Assembly: GCA_965223325.1 (NCBI GenBank)
Contig: CBDCWI010000002.1
Coordinates: forward strand, 1,664,001-1,728,000
Length of the DNA stretch: 64,000 bases
Source: Candidatus Multivoradales bacterium
GTDB lineage: Bacteria; Acidobacteriota; Thermoanaerobaculia; Multivoradales; Multivoraceae
Reading direction: 5' to 3'
A model generated the notes under the pieces. That model worked only from the letters and a program-made list of their open reading frames with translations, was not told where the DNA came from and did not search any database. Positions within the stretch are counted from its first letter, which is position 1, and the number at the start of each line of letters is the position of its first letter. This document shows positions 19,782 to 29,819 of this stretch, one piece after another. A program made the position numbers and the translations under genes.

Positions 19782-20091
19782 TAGGACTCTCCAAAGGAAG
19801 GAAAAAGGACTGGGGGAAACCCCAGAACGAGAGGGCCATGGAAAACAGATGGGCGCAGAAGTGCGGGGGCAGAAGAGCCACCAAAGGAGGGAATGCCAGC
19901 ATTGTACACATAAGTCGCTATATGTGCACATGGGATCACCCTCCTACCTATCTATGGTTGTGTGGCGATTCCCCCAACAGGCCAGACGCACCCCTGGCCG
20001 CCGCCAACCTCGTCCGGACTTGTCTGATGTCACACACCCACAAGGACTTGCAGCCCCTGTGCGCCTCCCCGATACAGCACCCCCGTTGTCA

Positions 20092-20191
20092 CCTCCCAGG
20101 CGTTCCCCGGGCATTCCCCGGGCATTCCCCGGGCATTCCCCGGGCATTTCCCGGGCGTTTCCCGGGCGATCGACTGGGGTGATTCTGGGAA
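20092..20191 (-). repeat. Dispersed element with about 7 tandem 11-mers (CCCCGGGCATT) plus a conserved flank
   Basis: Tandem 11-mers 20094-20170 then CGACTGGGGTGATTCTGGGA; reverse complement matches the elements at 58801 and 59058. Confidence 0.9.
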
Positions 20192-20274
20192 ACGTCGGAA
20201 GGGTTCGGTAGCTGGGGGGGGGTGCGGGGGGCGGCGCTAGACTGGCGCACCCGCTCTGTTTCCAGGAGGTTCCG

Positions 20275-21666
20275 ATGATGACTTCGTTGGCTAGTCGTAC
20301 CCACCGTTCGACGCCGCCCTGTGTCGCCGTAGCGACGCTGTTTCTCGTGATCGCCTCCTGGCTCGGAGCGACTGGTCTCGCGGCCGACGACTGGCCTTCG
20401 TGGCGTGGCGACGGCGATGCGATCTGGAGCGAGGCCGGGCTCATGCAGGAGTTTCCCGCCAACGGTCTCGAGGTGCGTTGGCGCACGCCGATCAAGGAGG
20501 GCTACGCAGGCCCGGCGGTTTCTGATGGGCGGGTGTTCGTATCCGACTTCGAGCGCATCAAGCAGACCGGCCGTCTCGGCGGCCGGGAGCGTGCCCTGGC
20601 GCTCGACGAGGAGACTGGCGAAGTGCTCTGGACGCACAGCTGGAACGTCAACTACTCATCGATCATGGCGTCGTATGCCGAGGGACCCCGCGCGGTGCCA
20701 ACGGTCGACGGCAACCACGTCTACTTTCTCGGTGCCGCCGGGCACTTGATCTGCCTCGACGTGCGTTCTGGCGAGGTGTTGTGGATGAAGCACTACCCCA
20801 CCGCCTATGACGTCAGCGTGCCGGTCTTCGGCTTCTCGAGCACACCGATTGTGCGCGGTGATTCGTTGATCGCCATCGTCGGCGGGGCACCCGACGCCCT
20901 GGTCGTCGCCTTCGACAAGCGGACCGGCAAAGAACTCTGGCGGTCGCTCAAAGCGAGTTCGGAGCCTGGCTACTCGCAGCCGACCATCGTCCGGGCCAAC
21001 GGCCGTGACCAGCTGATCATCTGGCACCCGCAGGGGCTCGCCGGCCTCGATCCCGACGACGGCACGGTGCTCTGGAGCTTTGCCTATGAGGCCAAGTCCA
21101 CCTTATCGGTGGCAACGCCCGTGGTCGCCGACGACCGCGTCTTCGTCACTCAGTTCTACGGTGGTTCGCTGATGCTCGAGCTCATCGAAGACGAGAGGGG
21201 GATCTCTGCTCAGGAGGTCTGGAAGCTCTCTGGCCGCAGCGAAATGCCTGATGAAACGGTCGCCCTACACTCACTCATCACGACGCCGATCTTCGACGGC
21301 GAAACGATCTGGGGCATCGACAGCTACGGCGAGCTGCGGGCGCTCGACGCAGCGACTGGCGAACGCCTGTGGACCGACACCACGATGGTGCGCCAGGGCC
21401 GCTGGGGTTCGGCGTTCATGGTGGCGATTGGCGACCGCTGGTTGGTCGCCAACGACCAGGGCGAGCTGATCATCTGCCGCCTCGACCGTGAGGCGTACCA
21501 GGAACTCTCGCGCACGACCCTCATCGAGCCGACGACCAGCGCGGGGTACGGGCCACGCAAGCTGTTCGACACGAAAGTCAGCTGGGCCCACCCTGCCTTT
21601 GCCAATCAGCACGTTCTGATCCGCAACGATCGCGAGATCCTGTCGGCCTCACTGAGAGCGCCATAG
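20275..21666 (+). CDS. PQQ-binding-like (BamB-like) beta-propeller protein, exported
   Basis: Signal peptide then DWPSWRG; repeated ALDxxTGxxLW blades; WAHPAFAN. Confidence 0.85.
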   Translation: MMTSLASRTHRSTPPCVAVATLFLVIASWLGATGLAADDWPSWRGDGDAIWSEAGLMQEFPANGLEVRWRTPIKEGYAGPAVSDGRVFVSDFERIKQTGRLGGRERALALDEETGEVLWTHSWNVNYSSIMASYAEGPRAVPTVDGNHVYFLGAAGHLICLDVRSGEVLWMKHYPTAYDVSVPVFGFSSTPIVRGDSLIAIVGGAPDALVVAFDKRTGKELWRSLKASSEPGYSQPTIVRANGRDQLIIWHPQGLAGLDPDDGTVLWSFAYEAKSTLSVATPVVADDRVFVTQFYGGSLMLELIEDERGISAQEVWKLSGRSEMPDETVALHSLITTPIFDGETIWGIDSYGELRALDAATGERLWTDTTMVRQGRWGSAFMVAIGDRWLVANDQGELIICRLDREAYQELSRTTLIEPTTSAGYGPRKLFDTKVSWAHPAFANQHVLIRNDREILSASLRAP

Positions 21667-21675
21667 GCCATCGCC

Positions 21676-22431
21676 CTACGCGAGATCGCCGTACAGCTCC
21701 TGCGTGTTTCGAACCACCTGCTCACGGACCGCCTCGACGGCGAGCTCTTTGAGTTCGGCAATCGCCTCGAGTGAACGCAGCGCGTTCGCCGGTTCGTTGC
21801 GCTCGTCGCGCTCGGGACCGAGGACCGGGCTGTCGGTTTCGACCAGCAGGCACTCGAGGGGCAGCCGCCTCACGAGCTTCTGTTTCTGGACTGAGCGCAC
21901 AATCGACGGCGGGACGGAGAAGAAGAAGCCGGCCTCGACACCCGGAAGTGCCTTCGCGGCCCGTCCATCGAAGGCGTGCATCTGAACCCTCGTCGCGCCG
22001 CGCTCGAGCAACACATCGATGGCCTGGCGCCCCGCCGAACGCGAGTGCACATTGACCGGCAGATCGAGTTCGATGGCGAGGTCGATCATGCGCGAGAAGA
22101 TCTCCTTCTGCAGCTCGAGATCTGTTTCCTCTTTCACCTTCCACCGATCGAGGCCGACCTCGCCAACCGCCACCAACCGGTGGTGTTCGCGCCGGATGAA
22201 GTCCAGGACGCCTTCGGCCTCTTCGAGATCGAGCACCGTCGGGTAGAGCCCTGCTGCGACGCGCAGTTCGGGATGCACCGCTGCCAGCGCGAGATTGCGC
22301 TCGGCGTCGGCGAGCGACTCACCGACCACAACGACTCTGCCCACTCCTGCCTTGCGGGCCCGCGCCAGCACCTCGGCGCGATCCTGATCGAACACCGGGT
22401 CACAGAGATGCGCGTGGGTATCGGTCAGCAT
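21676..22431 (-). CDS. tatD: TatD family nuclease/hydrolase
   Basis: MLTDTHAHL, VGEVGLD, VNVHSR, LVETDSP, RNEPAN. Confidence 0.9.
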   Translation of the reverse strand: MLTDTHAHLCDPVFDQDRAEVLARARKAGVGRVVVVGESLADAERNLALAAVHPELRVAAGLYPTVLDLEEAEGVLDFIRREHHRLVAVGEVGLDRWKVKEETDLELQKEIFSRMIDLAIELDLPVNVHSRSAGRQAIDVLLERGATRVQMHAFDGRAAKALPGVEAGFFFSVPPSIVRSVQKQKLVRRLPLECLLVETDSPVLGPERDERNEPANALRSLEAIAELKELAVEAVREQVVRNTQELYGDLA

Positions 22432-22465
22432 GACTGGAAGTTCATATTGACGGTGCCCCGTAGCC

Positions 22466-23371
22466 TTACGCTCGCTGCGACAAGCGCTCCTCGAGCTCCG
22501 CGACGGTCTTCGGCCAGTCCTTCTTGAGCAACTGCGAGAGCGCCCGATCGGCCAACAGCTTGCCGCCGGTCTGACAGTCGGGACAGTAGTTGCACTCGTT
22601 CTCGGCATACACGATGCGCTGAATCGGAGTACCACACTGCGGGCACGGCTCCTTCCACTTGCCATGGGCCGCCATCTCCGGCCGGAAGGCGGTCACCTTC
22701 TTGGGAAACCCCTCGCCAACCTCGGCGCGCAGAATCTCCGTCCACTCTTCGAGCACGGCTTTCGCCACCTCGAACAGCCGGTCGACCGCCCCGTCGTCGA
22801 GCCGCGACGTCCACTGGAACGGCGACAGACGCGCCCGCAACAAGATCTCATCGGAGTACGCGTTGCCGACGCCACTGAACAGTGTTGGATCCACGAGCGC
22901 ACGCTTGAGGGTGTGATTGCGCAGTCGTAGACGCTCACGAAACTCTTCCCTGGACGCTTCGAAGAGCTCGAGCCCGCCACGATCAACTGTCGCCAGCGCA
23001 TCCTCGCCGTCGAAGACATGCAGCGACGCCCGCTTCCTGGTGCCCGCCTCGGTCAGCAGCAAGGTGCCGGTCTCGAAGTCGAACGCCGCCAGGCCGCGAC
23101 GCCCCGGAATACCGGCGCCTGCGTCTTTCCACTGAAATCGCCCGGCGACCATCAGGTGAACGGCCAGGAACAGCCCGCCCTCGAGCTCGAAGACGATGCG
23201 CTTGCCCGAGCGCCGCAATGCGACGACCTTCCTGCCCGCCGCGTCGGCGAGCGGGGGCGTCACCGTGCGCAGCAAGAAGGGACTTCTGATGCGAACACCC
23301 AGGAGCACAGCACCGAGAACGCGGCGCTCCAGCGCTTCCAGGTACACCACGATGTCCGGATATTCGGGCAT
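22466..23371 (-). CDS. Fpg/Nei family DNA glycosylase/AP lyase
   Basis: N-terminal MPEYPD, RRSGK, HLMVAG, SGVGNAYSDEIL (H2TH), zinc finger CPQC..CPDCQ. Confidence 0.92.
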   Translation of the reverse strand: MPEYPDIVVYLEALERRVLGAVLLGVRIRSPFLLRTVTPPLADAAGRKVVALRRSGKRIVFELEGGLFLAVHLMVAGRFQWKDAGAGIPGRRGLAAFDFETGTLLLTEAGTRKRASLHVFDGEDALATVDRGGLELFEASREEFRERLRLRNHTLKRALVDPTLFSGVGNAYSDEILLRARLSPFQWTSRLDDGAVDRLFEVAKAVLEEWTEILRAEVGEGFPKKVTAFRPEMAAHGKWKEPCPQCGTPIQRIVYAENECNYCPDCQTGGKLLADRALSQLLKKDWPKTVAELEERLSQRA

Positions 23372-23684
23372 GGCGACCTAGCGTAGCGTGTCCACGCCTG
23401 GGTGCCCGTCGACGACGATGTGACAAACACACCCCGAGTCGGTCATAGACTCCGACGGCAACATCAGCTGAACGCCAGGCGATCGCGCACCGCGGTGCGA
23501 CGCGGTCGCAGGGCATGGGGAGGGAAGTCACGGTTGGAGTCCCGCCCGCGCCCGGTCTACCGCCCGACGATGTCCGAAAACCATCGATGGCGGGAGGCGA
23601 AGGGGGAGCTGTTGCCGCTGCTTTACCCTCAAACAAAAACAAACCCTCAAACAAGACCGACCACCTCTGACCATAGGAGAGACG

Positions 23685-24587
23685 ATGCTCTTTCAAACTG
23701 ACGAAGCTGCCGAACCCGCGCTCGCCATTCAACCGACTGTCGAGGCGCCGCCGATCCTGGAAGCAACCCTGCGCTCCGTGTTGCCCGAGAACCTCGAGGG
23801 CTCGGCCGCCACGATTGCCAGCGCCCTCACCGGCCTGTTCTATGCCTTGGGCATTTTCATCATCGGTTGGATCGTCGCCAAGTGGTTCGCCGGTATGGTC
23901 CGCCGCATGCTCGTCGCCCGGGGTGTCGACGTCTCGCTCGCCGGCTTCTTGTCATCGCTCACACAGTGGCTGATCATCGCGGCCACCGCGGTCAGCGCGC
24001 TGTCGAAGGTCGGGGTCGAAACCACCAGCCTGATCGCCCTGCTCGGTGCCGGCGGCCTGGCGATCGGGCTCGCCCTGCAGGGGTCCCTCGGAAACTTCGC
24101 CGCCGGGGTCATGGCGCTCCTCTTCCGGCCGTTCACCGTCGGCCAGAAGATCACCGCCGCCGGCCACACCGGCGTGGTGGAAGACCTGGGACTCTTCGCG
24201 ACCACCATGTCGACGCCGGATGGCGACACGATCATCATCCCCAACAGCGAGGTCATGGGCTCGAGCATCGTCAACCACGCCAAGAACGGCAAGTACCGGT
24301 GCAACGTCGACATCGGCGTCGCATATGGCACCGACTACCGTCAGGCGGAGCGGGTCGTCCTCGAGGCGATGAAGCACGTCAGCCTGGCGCTCGAGAACCC
24401 CGCCCCCAGTGTCGCTTTCGGCGGCTTCGGCGCCTCGTCGGTCGACCTGATCGCCCGTCCCTGGTGCCTGCCCGACGACGTTCCTGCCTGCGTCCACGAA
24501 ACGCGGGTGGCGATCTACAAGGCGCTCGATGAGGCCGGCATCGACATTCCCTTCGACCAGGTCGTCATGCATCAGGCCGCGTCGTAG
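23685..24587 (+). CDS. mscS: Small-conductance mechanosensitive channel
   Basis: GLAIGLALQGSLGNFAAG, RPFTVG, IIIPNS, GIDIPF. Confidence 0.92.
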   Translation: MLFQTDEAAEPALAIQPTVEAPPILEATLRSVLPENLEGSAATIASALTGLFYALGIFIIGWIVAKWFAGMVRRMLVARGVDVSLAGFLSSLTQWLIIAATAVSALSKVGVETTSLIALLGAGGLAIGLALQGSLGNFAAGVMALLFRPFTVGQKITAAGHTGVVEDLGLFATTMSTPDGDTIIIPNSEVMGSSIVNHAKNGKYRCNVDIGVAYGTDYRQAERVVLEAMKHVSLALENPAPSVAFGGFGASSVDLIARPWCLPDDVPACVHETRVAIYKALDEAGIDIPFDQVVMHQAAS

Positions 24588-24759
24588 TCAAAGCCCCGAA
24601 GCCTGGTACCAGCGGCCCGTCACTAGACGGGCCGCTTCGCGTACCGGTTCTGCTCTCGCCCACCGGCACCGGTTCCCCCTCGTCGACTCGGAATCTCCAG
24701 TTGCCGCCCGAGCACGCTACTCTTTCGGGGTGTCTTTCCTGCTCGCAGCGAAGCGGTAG

Positions 24760-25356
24760 ATGACCGGCTACGCCGACGCCAACCACCGCCTGGCCACCTG
24801 GCTCTGTGCAACCGCCGGAGCGAGCGTTGGGCTGGTGGCCGTTGGGACCTGGGCGTTTGCCGAGGCGACCTTCTGGTTCATCGCGCCTGATTTCCTGATC
24901 ATCATCCTGTGCGTGTTCGCGCCCGAATCGTGGAAACGCATCGCGTTCTTTGCCCTCCTGGGCTCGCTGGCCGGAGGCATTCTGAGCTTCATGCTCAATG
25001 GCCTCTTCTTCGACCGGATGGGCGAGATCCTTCGTGCGACTCCGTTCGTCGAGGAGCGCATGCTCACCGAAATCGACGACCTCTACAGGAGCCGCGGCCT
25101 GCAGGGCGTGTTGTTCCAGTCCTTTTCCTTCATGCAGTTCAAGATCTGGACTCACCTCGCCGTCGCGCACGGCTTCCAGCCCATCGTCTACTTCGGCCTG
25201 GTGGGAATCTCGCGAGGGATCCGCTTCCTGATCGTCGCGTTCGCCGCCCAGCTTGCCGGCCGGCTCGCGCCACGCTTCTTCGCCCGCCACGCCGCGTTGT
25301 TTCTGGTGCTCTACACGACGGCGTTCCTGGCCATGCTGCTGGCGGTCGAGACATGA
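24760..25356 (+). CDS. YqaA/VTT(DedA)-like membrane protein
   Basis: AFAEATFWFIAPD, GSLAGG, ISRGIRF; several TM helices; stop overlaps next start (ATGA). Confidence 0.7.
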   Translation: MTGYADANHRLATWLCATAGASVGLVAVGTWAFAEATFWFIAPDFLIIILCVFAPESWKRIAFFALLGSLAGGILSFMLNGLFFDRMGEILRATPFVEERMLTEIDDLYRSRGLQGVLFQSFSFMQFKIWTHLAVAHGFQPIVYFGLVGISRGIRFLIVAFAAQLAGRLAPRFFARHAALFLVLYTTAFLAMLLAVET

Positions 25357-26561
25357 GCTCACCCTGTAGCGGCTGTTCGAGAGGATGCACCGACCAAGAA
25401 GCTGGGTTTGAGATCTCGGAGCGTTTCGAGCGCTTCAACCAGAGGAACGACATCTTCAGCCGTTCGTTCTGGGATCCGGAAATCCGCAGCGAGAAGTCAG
25501 ACCGCTTCTACGAGTCTTACCGGAGACCCCTCGCCGAATGGAAGAAGGTCGACGGCTACCAACAGCGCGATTTCGCCTTGCGCAACGCTGGCTGGCACCT
25601 GGCGGACCTTTTCGCAGAGCGGCTCGAAGAGTCCGATGAAGGAATAGAAAGAGAGACACGGCGCGAGGGTTTTCTCGACTTCCTGACCGCCAACCGCGAC
25701 GGTGCCAGGGATCAGGCGGCGCTCGCACCCCGCGAGATGGCAGCCGAGATCAAACAGGTAGCGCGCCTTCTTGGTGCCGACCTGGTCGGCATTACCGATC
25801 ACGACGAGCGCTTCACCTACAGCCACAAATACTCGCGTGATGGAGAAGAAGCAGTACCCATGGATCTTCCCGAGGGCCTGCACTCGACGATCGTGATCTG
25901 TCATGAAATGGACCACCAGCTGCTGCGCACCGTCCCCTCGGCGCTGTCGGGCACCGCAACTGGAATCGGATATTCCAAAGACGTGGTCACCCTCCTCGCT
26001 CTCGCGCAGTACATCCGCAATCTCGGCTACCGCGCCTACGCCTCGATGAACGACACCGCCGCCTCGATCCCGCTAGCGATCAAAGCCGGCCTCGGCGAGT
26101 ACGGCCGCCACGGGCTGTTGATCGCCCCCGGAATGGGTCCGAGACTACGCATTGGCAAGGTCTTTACCGACCTGCCAATGTCCTACGACCAACCCATTCG
26201 CTTTGGCGTGCGCGAGTTCTGCCAGATCTGCCGCCGCTGCAGCGACAACTGCCCACCGCAAGCGATCGACGCCGGAGCCCCGCAGGAGACCACACACAAC
26301 CGCTCGAACGTGGCCGGAATCCGGAAGTGGACTACTGACGCCGAGAGGTGCTTCGGTTTCTGGGTCACCCAGGTCACCGACTGCTCCATCTGCATTCGCG
26401 TCTGCCCCTACAACCGCTCCTACCCGCAATGGCTCGAGCGTTTGCGCTTTCGCTTGATGGGTTCATCGCTGCGGCGCCTGATGCTCTGGATCGACGATCG
26501 ACTGGGTGGCGGCACGCGCCGCGCACCAAGCTCTTGGTGGCCGGGGCGGGCAGCACCGTAG
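25353..26561 (+). CDS. Reductive dehalogenase (RdhA/QueG-like) domain protein with two 4Fe-4S clusters, no Tat signal
   Basis: GADLVGI, IRNLGYRA, PLAIKAGLGEYGRHGLLI..GPRLRIGKVFTDLP, CQICRRCSDNCP and C..(10)..CSICIRVCP. Confidence 0.8.
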   Translation: MSSPCSGCSRGCTDQEAGFEISERFERFNQRNDIFSRSFWDPEIRSEKSDRFYESYRRPLAEWKKVDGYQQRDFALRNAGWHLADLFAERLEESDEGIERETRREGFLDFLTANRDGARDQAALAPREMAAEIKQVARLLGADLVGITDHDERFTYSHKYSRDGEEAVPMDLPEGLHSTIVICHEMDHQLLRTVPSALSGTATGIGYSKDVVTLLALAQYIRNLGYRAYASMNDTAASIPLAIKAGLGEYGRHGLLIAPGMGPRLRIGKVFTDLPMSYDQPIRFGVREFCQICRRCSDNCPPQAIDAGAPQETTHNRSNVAGIRKWTTDAERCFGFWVTQVTDCSICIRVCPYNRSYPQWLERLRFRLMGSSLRRLMLWIDDRLGGGTRRAPSSWWPGRAAP

Positions 26562-26568
26562 GGGGCCC

Positions 26569-26596
26569 TTGCGAGATCGAGCGCTGGGCGTAAACT
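26569..26596 (+). promoter_or_regulatory. Sigma70-like promoter, probably giving a leaderless transcript
   Basis: TTGCGA-16 nt-TAAACT, ATG 7 nt downstream at 26604, no clear Shine-Dalgarno. Confidence 0.45.
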
Positions 26597-26603
26597 AGAC
26601 GGA

Positions 26604-29600
26604 ATGCTGACCACGCTCGAGAGCCTGATCGACGGGCTCGAAACTCACGCCCGCCTCGGGAAACAGATCGTTCACCGGGCCTATCTGCCCGGGCAGCCCA
26701 AGGACCTGGCGGCCCCCGAGCCGCCGCTGCCCGAGCCGCTCGAGCGCGCGCTCGCCGCGCAGGGAATCGAAGCACTCTTCAGGCACCAGGTCGACGGCCT
26801 CGACGCCGCCCGTGCCGGCAAAGACGTGCTCATCACCACACCCACGGCCTCTGGCAAGTCGCTGGTCTTCCAGCTACCGATTCTCGAAGACATCCTGGCC
26901 GGCGGAACCGGTCATGCGCTCTACCTCTTTCCGCTCAAGGCCCTCGGCCAGGACCAGCGCACCAAACTGCTCGAGCTGGCGCGCGCAGCAGGCCTCGAAG
27001 ATGACGATTCCGTGTGCGCTATCTACGACGGCGACACGTCCCGCGGGCAGCGCGAGAAGATCCGCGCCCGGCCGCCGCGGGTTCTGATCTCAAACCCTGA
27101 CATGTTGCACTACGGCATTCTCGGCCACGCCGACAACTGGGCGGATTTCCTCGGCAACCTGCGCTACCTGGTGCTCGATGAACTGCACACCTATCGAGGC
27201 ATCTTCGGTACCCACTTCCATCACGTCTTGCAGCGTCTCTTACGCCTGTCGCGCAAGTTCGGCGGCGACCCCCGCATCATTGCCTCGTCGGCCACCGCAC
27301 AGAACGCCACCGAGTTCGCCGAGGCACTTTCCGACCGTTCTTTCGTCTCCATTGAACGCTCCGGTGCGCCCCGCGAGGGGAGACACTTTCTCCTGCTGCA
27401 GCCAGAGACTTCGCCCTACACCACCGCGATGGATCTCTTCGCCGCGCTGATCAAGCGCGACCTCAAAACCATCGCGTTCACCAAGGCGAGACGCATCACC
27501 GAGCTCATGCACTCCTGGATGGGAAAGCGATATCCCAAGCTGCGCGGCCGGGTCGCCAACTACCGTGCCGGCTTTCTGGCCACCGAGCGTCGCGAGATCG
27601 AGCACAGGCTGTTCACCGGGCAGCTCGACGGGGTGATCTCGACCTCGGCGCTCGAAATGGGCATCGACGTCGGCGGCCTCGATGCCTGCATCCTGGTGGG
27701 CTACCCCGGCAGCATGATGGCCACCTGGCAGCGCTCGGGGCGGGTCGGGCGCGAAGGCCGCGAGTCGATCACCGCTCTCGTCGCACTACCAGACGCGCTC
27801 GATCAATACCTCCTCAAGCGCCCCGACGAGTTCCTCAATCGCCAGTGCGAGCAGCTCGTGGTACGCACTACGATCCCGATGATCGCTGACCCACACCTGC
27901 GCTGCGCCGCCGCCGAACTGCCGCTTCACCGTGAACGAGACGCGCACTACATCGAGACCCACCAACCGACTGTCGAAGACCTGATCTCGCGCTTCGAGCT
28001 CGCCGTCGACAGCAGCGGCAGCGAGCTGCACGCCGTTTCGGCGGCACCGGTTCGCGACATTTCCCTCCGCGGGGGCGGTGCGACCTACACCATCGAGAGC
28101 ACGGTCACCGGGCGCGCGATCGGCAGCGTCGACGCCAACCGGGTGTTGCGCGAATGCCATCCCGGCGCCATGTATCTACACGCGGGGCGCCAGTATCTGA
28201 TCTCGGAACTCGACATGGTGCACCGTCGCGCTCGCGGCGAGCCCGCCAACTCGGATTGGTTCACCGCGCCGTTGGCCGACAAGCACACCGAGATCCTCGA
28301 GGTTGAAGAAGAAAGCACCGTCGGCCCGCTGCGCGCCTGGCGTGGCCGGGTGCGCGTCACCGAGCGCGTTCTCGGCTTCGAGCGCAAGAAAGTGATCGGC
28401 CAAGAGAAGCTCGGCGAGGAGAGTCTCGAGCTGCCGCCTTCGGTCATGGAAACACATGCCTTGTGGTTTGCCGCCGGGCGTGAGATCGAAGACACCATTC
28501 GCGAGCGCGGCGAAGACTGGATGGGCGCGCTCCACGCCACTGAGCACGCCGCAATCTCGCTCTTTCCGGTCCTGGCGTTGTGCGACCGCGGCGACCTCGG
28601 CGGCATTTCGATTCCCTACCATCCGCAGGTTCAGAGCGGCGCGGTGTTCATCTACGACGGCCACGGTGGCGCGGCAGGGGTCGCCGACATCGGGTTCGAG
28701 CGCCTGCCGGAGTTGTTGGCGCGGGTCGCCGATCTGCTCGACGGCTGCGATTGCGAAGACGGCTGCCCGGCGTGCATCCATTCGCCCAAGTGCGGCAACG
28801 GCAATCGCCCACTCGACAAGTCCGGTGCCCGCGAGCTGGTTGCCCTGCTGCTCGGCGAACACACCTCCGAGCTCGTTCAAAACGCCGCCGAACCACCGCC
28901 CCTGCAGCTCGACGCCGAGGTCACACCGACCGGCATGGAGCCCAGCGAGCACGACGTGCCCGAACGCGGCATCTATCGCTGGCAGGGTGGTCGTGCGGTC
29001 CTCAAAGCCGGGGACAGCCGGATCGGGCATCGCGAGAGCCTCTTCGATCTCGACGCACCGCTACCGGAGGAAGCACGCTCGAAGGAGCGCCACGCGGCCA
29101 CCGTTGCAACTCCTGACGGCCCGCCGACTGAGTCGCTCGCTCCACCACCGCAGGCTCGACCGCCGGCTCCGCTCAGCGAGCCTTCGCCTCCGGCCAGTTC
29201 CCCAAAGCCCCGCCGCCCCCGCATCGCCCGGCGGCGCCGCGACCGCCGCGACATTCCGCGCGCCCCGATTCCCCGCCACATTGAACGCACGGTGCTCTTT
29301 GACGTCGAGACGCGACGCGCGGCTGAAGAAGTCGGCGGCTGGCACAACCTGCACAAACTCGGCGTCGCGCTCGCCGTCACCTGCTCGATGGAAGAGGGGC
29401 GTTTCAGCGTCTACCTCGAAGACCAGGTCCAGGGCCTGATCGACGAGCTGCGCGCGGCCGATCTGGTGGTTGGCTTCAACATCATCGGCTTCGACTATCC
29501 GGTGTTGTCGGGCTACACCGGCGAGGACTTCCGACGCACGCTGCCGAGCCTCGATCTTTTCGAGACCGTCGAAGAGACCATTGGCAGCCGCCTCGGCCTC

Positions 29601-29819
29601 GCCCATCTGGCTGAGGCGACCTTCGGCTCGTCGAAGAGCGCCGACGGCCTGCAGAGCATCGAGTGGTACAAGCAAGGGCGCTTCGACCTCATCGAAGACT
29701 ACTGTCGGCGTGACGTCGAACTACTTCGCGACCTCTACCTCTTTGGCCGTCGCGAGGGTCACGTCTTGTGCACGACAAAAGAGAAGAAGGTCGTGCGTAT
29801 TCCGGTGGACTGGCCCTAG
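26604..29819 (+). CDS. MrfA/YprA/Hrq-type DEAH helicase with DUF1998, fused to a C-terminal RNase H-like (YprB/MrfB-like) exonuclease domain
   Basis: TPTASGKS, DELH, SSAT, STSALEMGIDVG, QRSGRVGR; CDCEDGCPACIHSPKC; FDVET, GFNIIGFDYPVL, YCRRDV. Confidence 0.88.
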   Translation: MLTTLESLIDGLETHARLGKQIVHRAYLPGQPKDLAAPEPPLPEPLERALAAQGIEALFRHQVDGLDAARAGKDVLITTPTASGKSLVFQLPILEDILAGGTGHALYLFPLKALGQDQRTKLLELARAAGLEDDDSVCAIYDGDTSRGQREKIRARPPRVLISNPDMLHYGILGHADNWADFLGNLRYLVLDELHTYRGIFGTHFHHVLQRLLRLSRKFGGDPRIIASSATAQNATEFAEALSDRSFVSIERSGAPREGRHFLLLQPETSPYTTAMDLFAALIKRDLKTIAFTKARRITELMHSWMGKRYPKLRGRVANYRAGFLATERREIEHRLFTGQLDGVISTSALEMGIDVGGLDACILVGYPGSMMATWQRSGRVGREGRESITALVALPDALDQYLLKRPDEFLNRQCEQLVVRTTIPMIADPHLRCAAAELPLHRERDAHYIETHQPTVEDLISRFELAVDSSGSELHAVSAAPVRDISLRGGGATYTIESTVTGRAIGSVDANRVLRECHPGAMYLHAGRQYLISELDMVHRRARGEPANSDWFTAPLADKHTEILEVEEESTVGPLRAWRGRVRVTERVLGFERKKVIGQEKLGEESLELPPSVMETHALWFAAGREIEDTIRERGEDWMGALHATEHAAISLFPVLALCDRGDLGGISIPYHPQVQSGAVFIYDGHGGAAGVADIGFERLPELLARVADLLDGCDCEDGCPACIHSPKCGNGNRPLDKSGARELVALLLGEHTSELVQNAAEPPPLQLDAEVTPTGMEPSEHDVPERGIYRWQGGRAVLKAGDSRIGHRESLFDLDAPLPEEARSKERHAATVATPDGPPTESLAPPPQARPPAPLSEPSPPASSPKPRRPRIARRRRDRRDIPRAPIPRHIERTVLFDVETRRAAEEVGGWHNLHKLGVALAVTCSMEEGRFSVYLEDQVQGLIDELRAADLVVGFNIIGFDYPVLSGYTGEDFRRTLPSLDLFETVEETIGSRLGLAHLAEATFGSSKSADGLQSIEWYKQGRFDLIEDYCRRDVELLRDLYLFGRREGHVLCTTKEKKVVRIPVDWP

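Noticed and set aside
20094-20170. Mini-CRISPR or coding repeat (ORFs 19657..20211, 19944..20495, 20089..20637)
   Set aside because: Contiguous 11-mers without spacers; the period is not a multiple of 3, and the ORFs are by-products of stop-poor GC-rich sequence
22432-22665. Extended TatD N-terminus
   Set aside because: Overlaps the Fpg gene; the family start MLTDTHAH is at 22431
24909-25352. N-terminal extension of the dehalogenase ORF (possible Tat leader)
   Set aside because: Alternate frame of the YqaA-like gene; the ATGA overlap at 25353 is the better start
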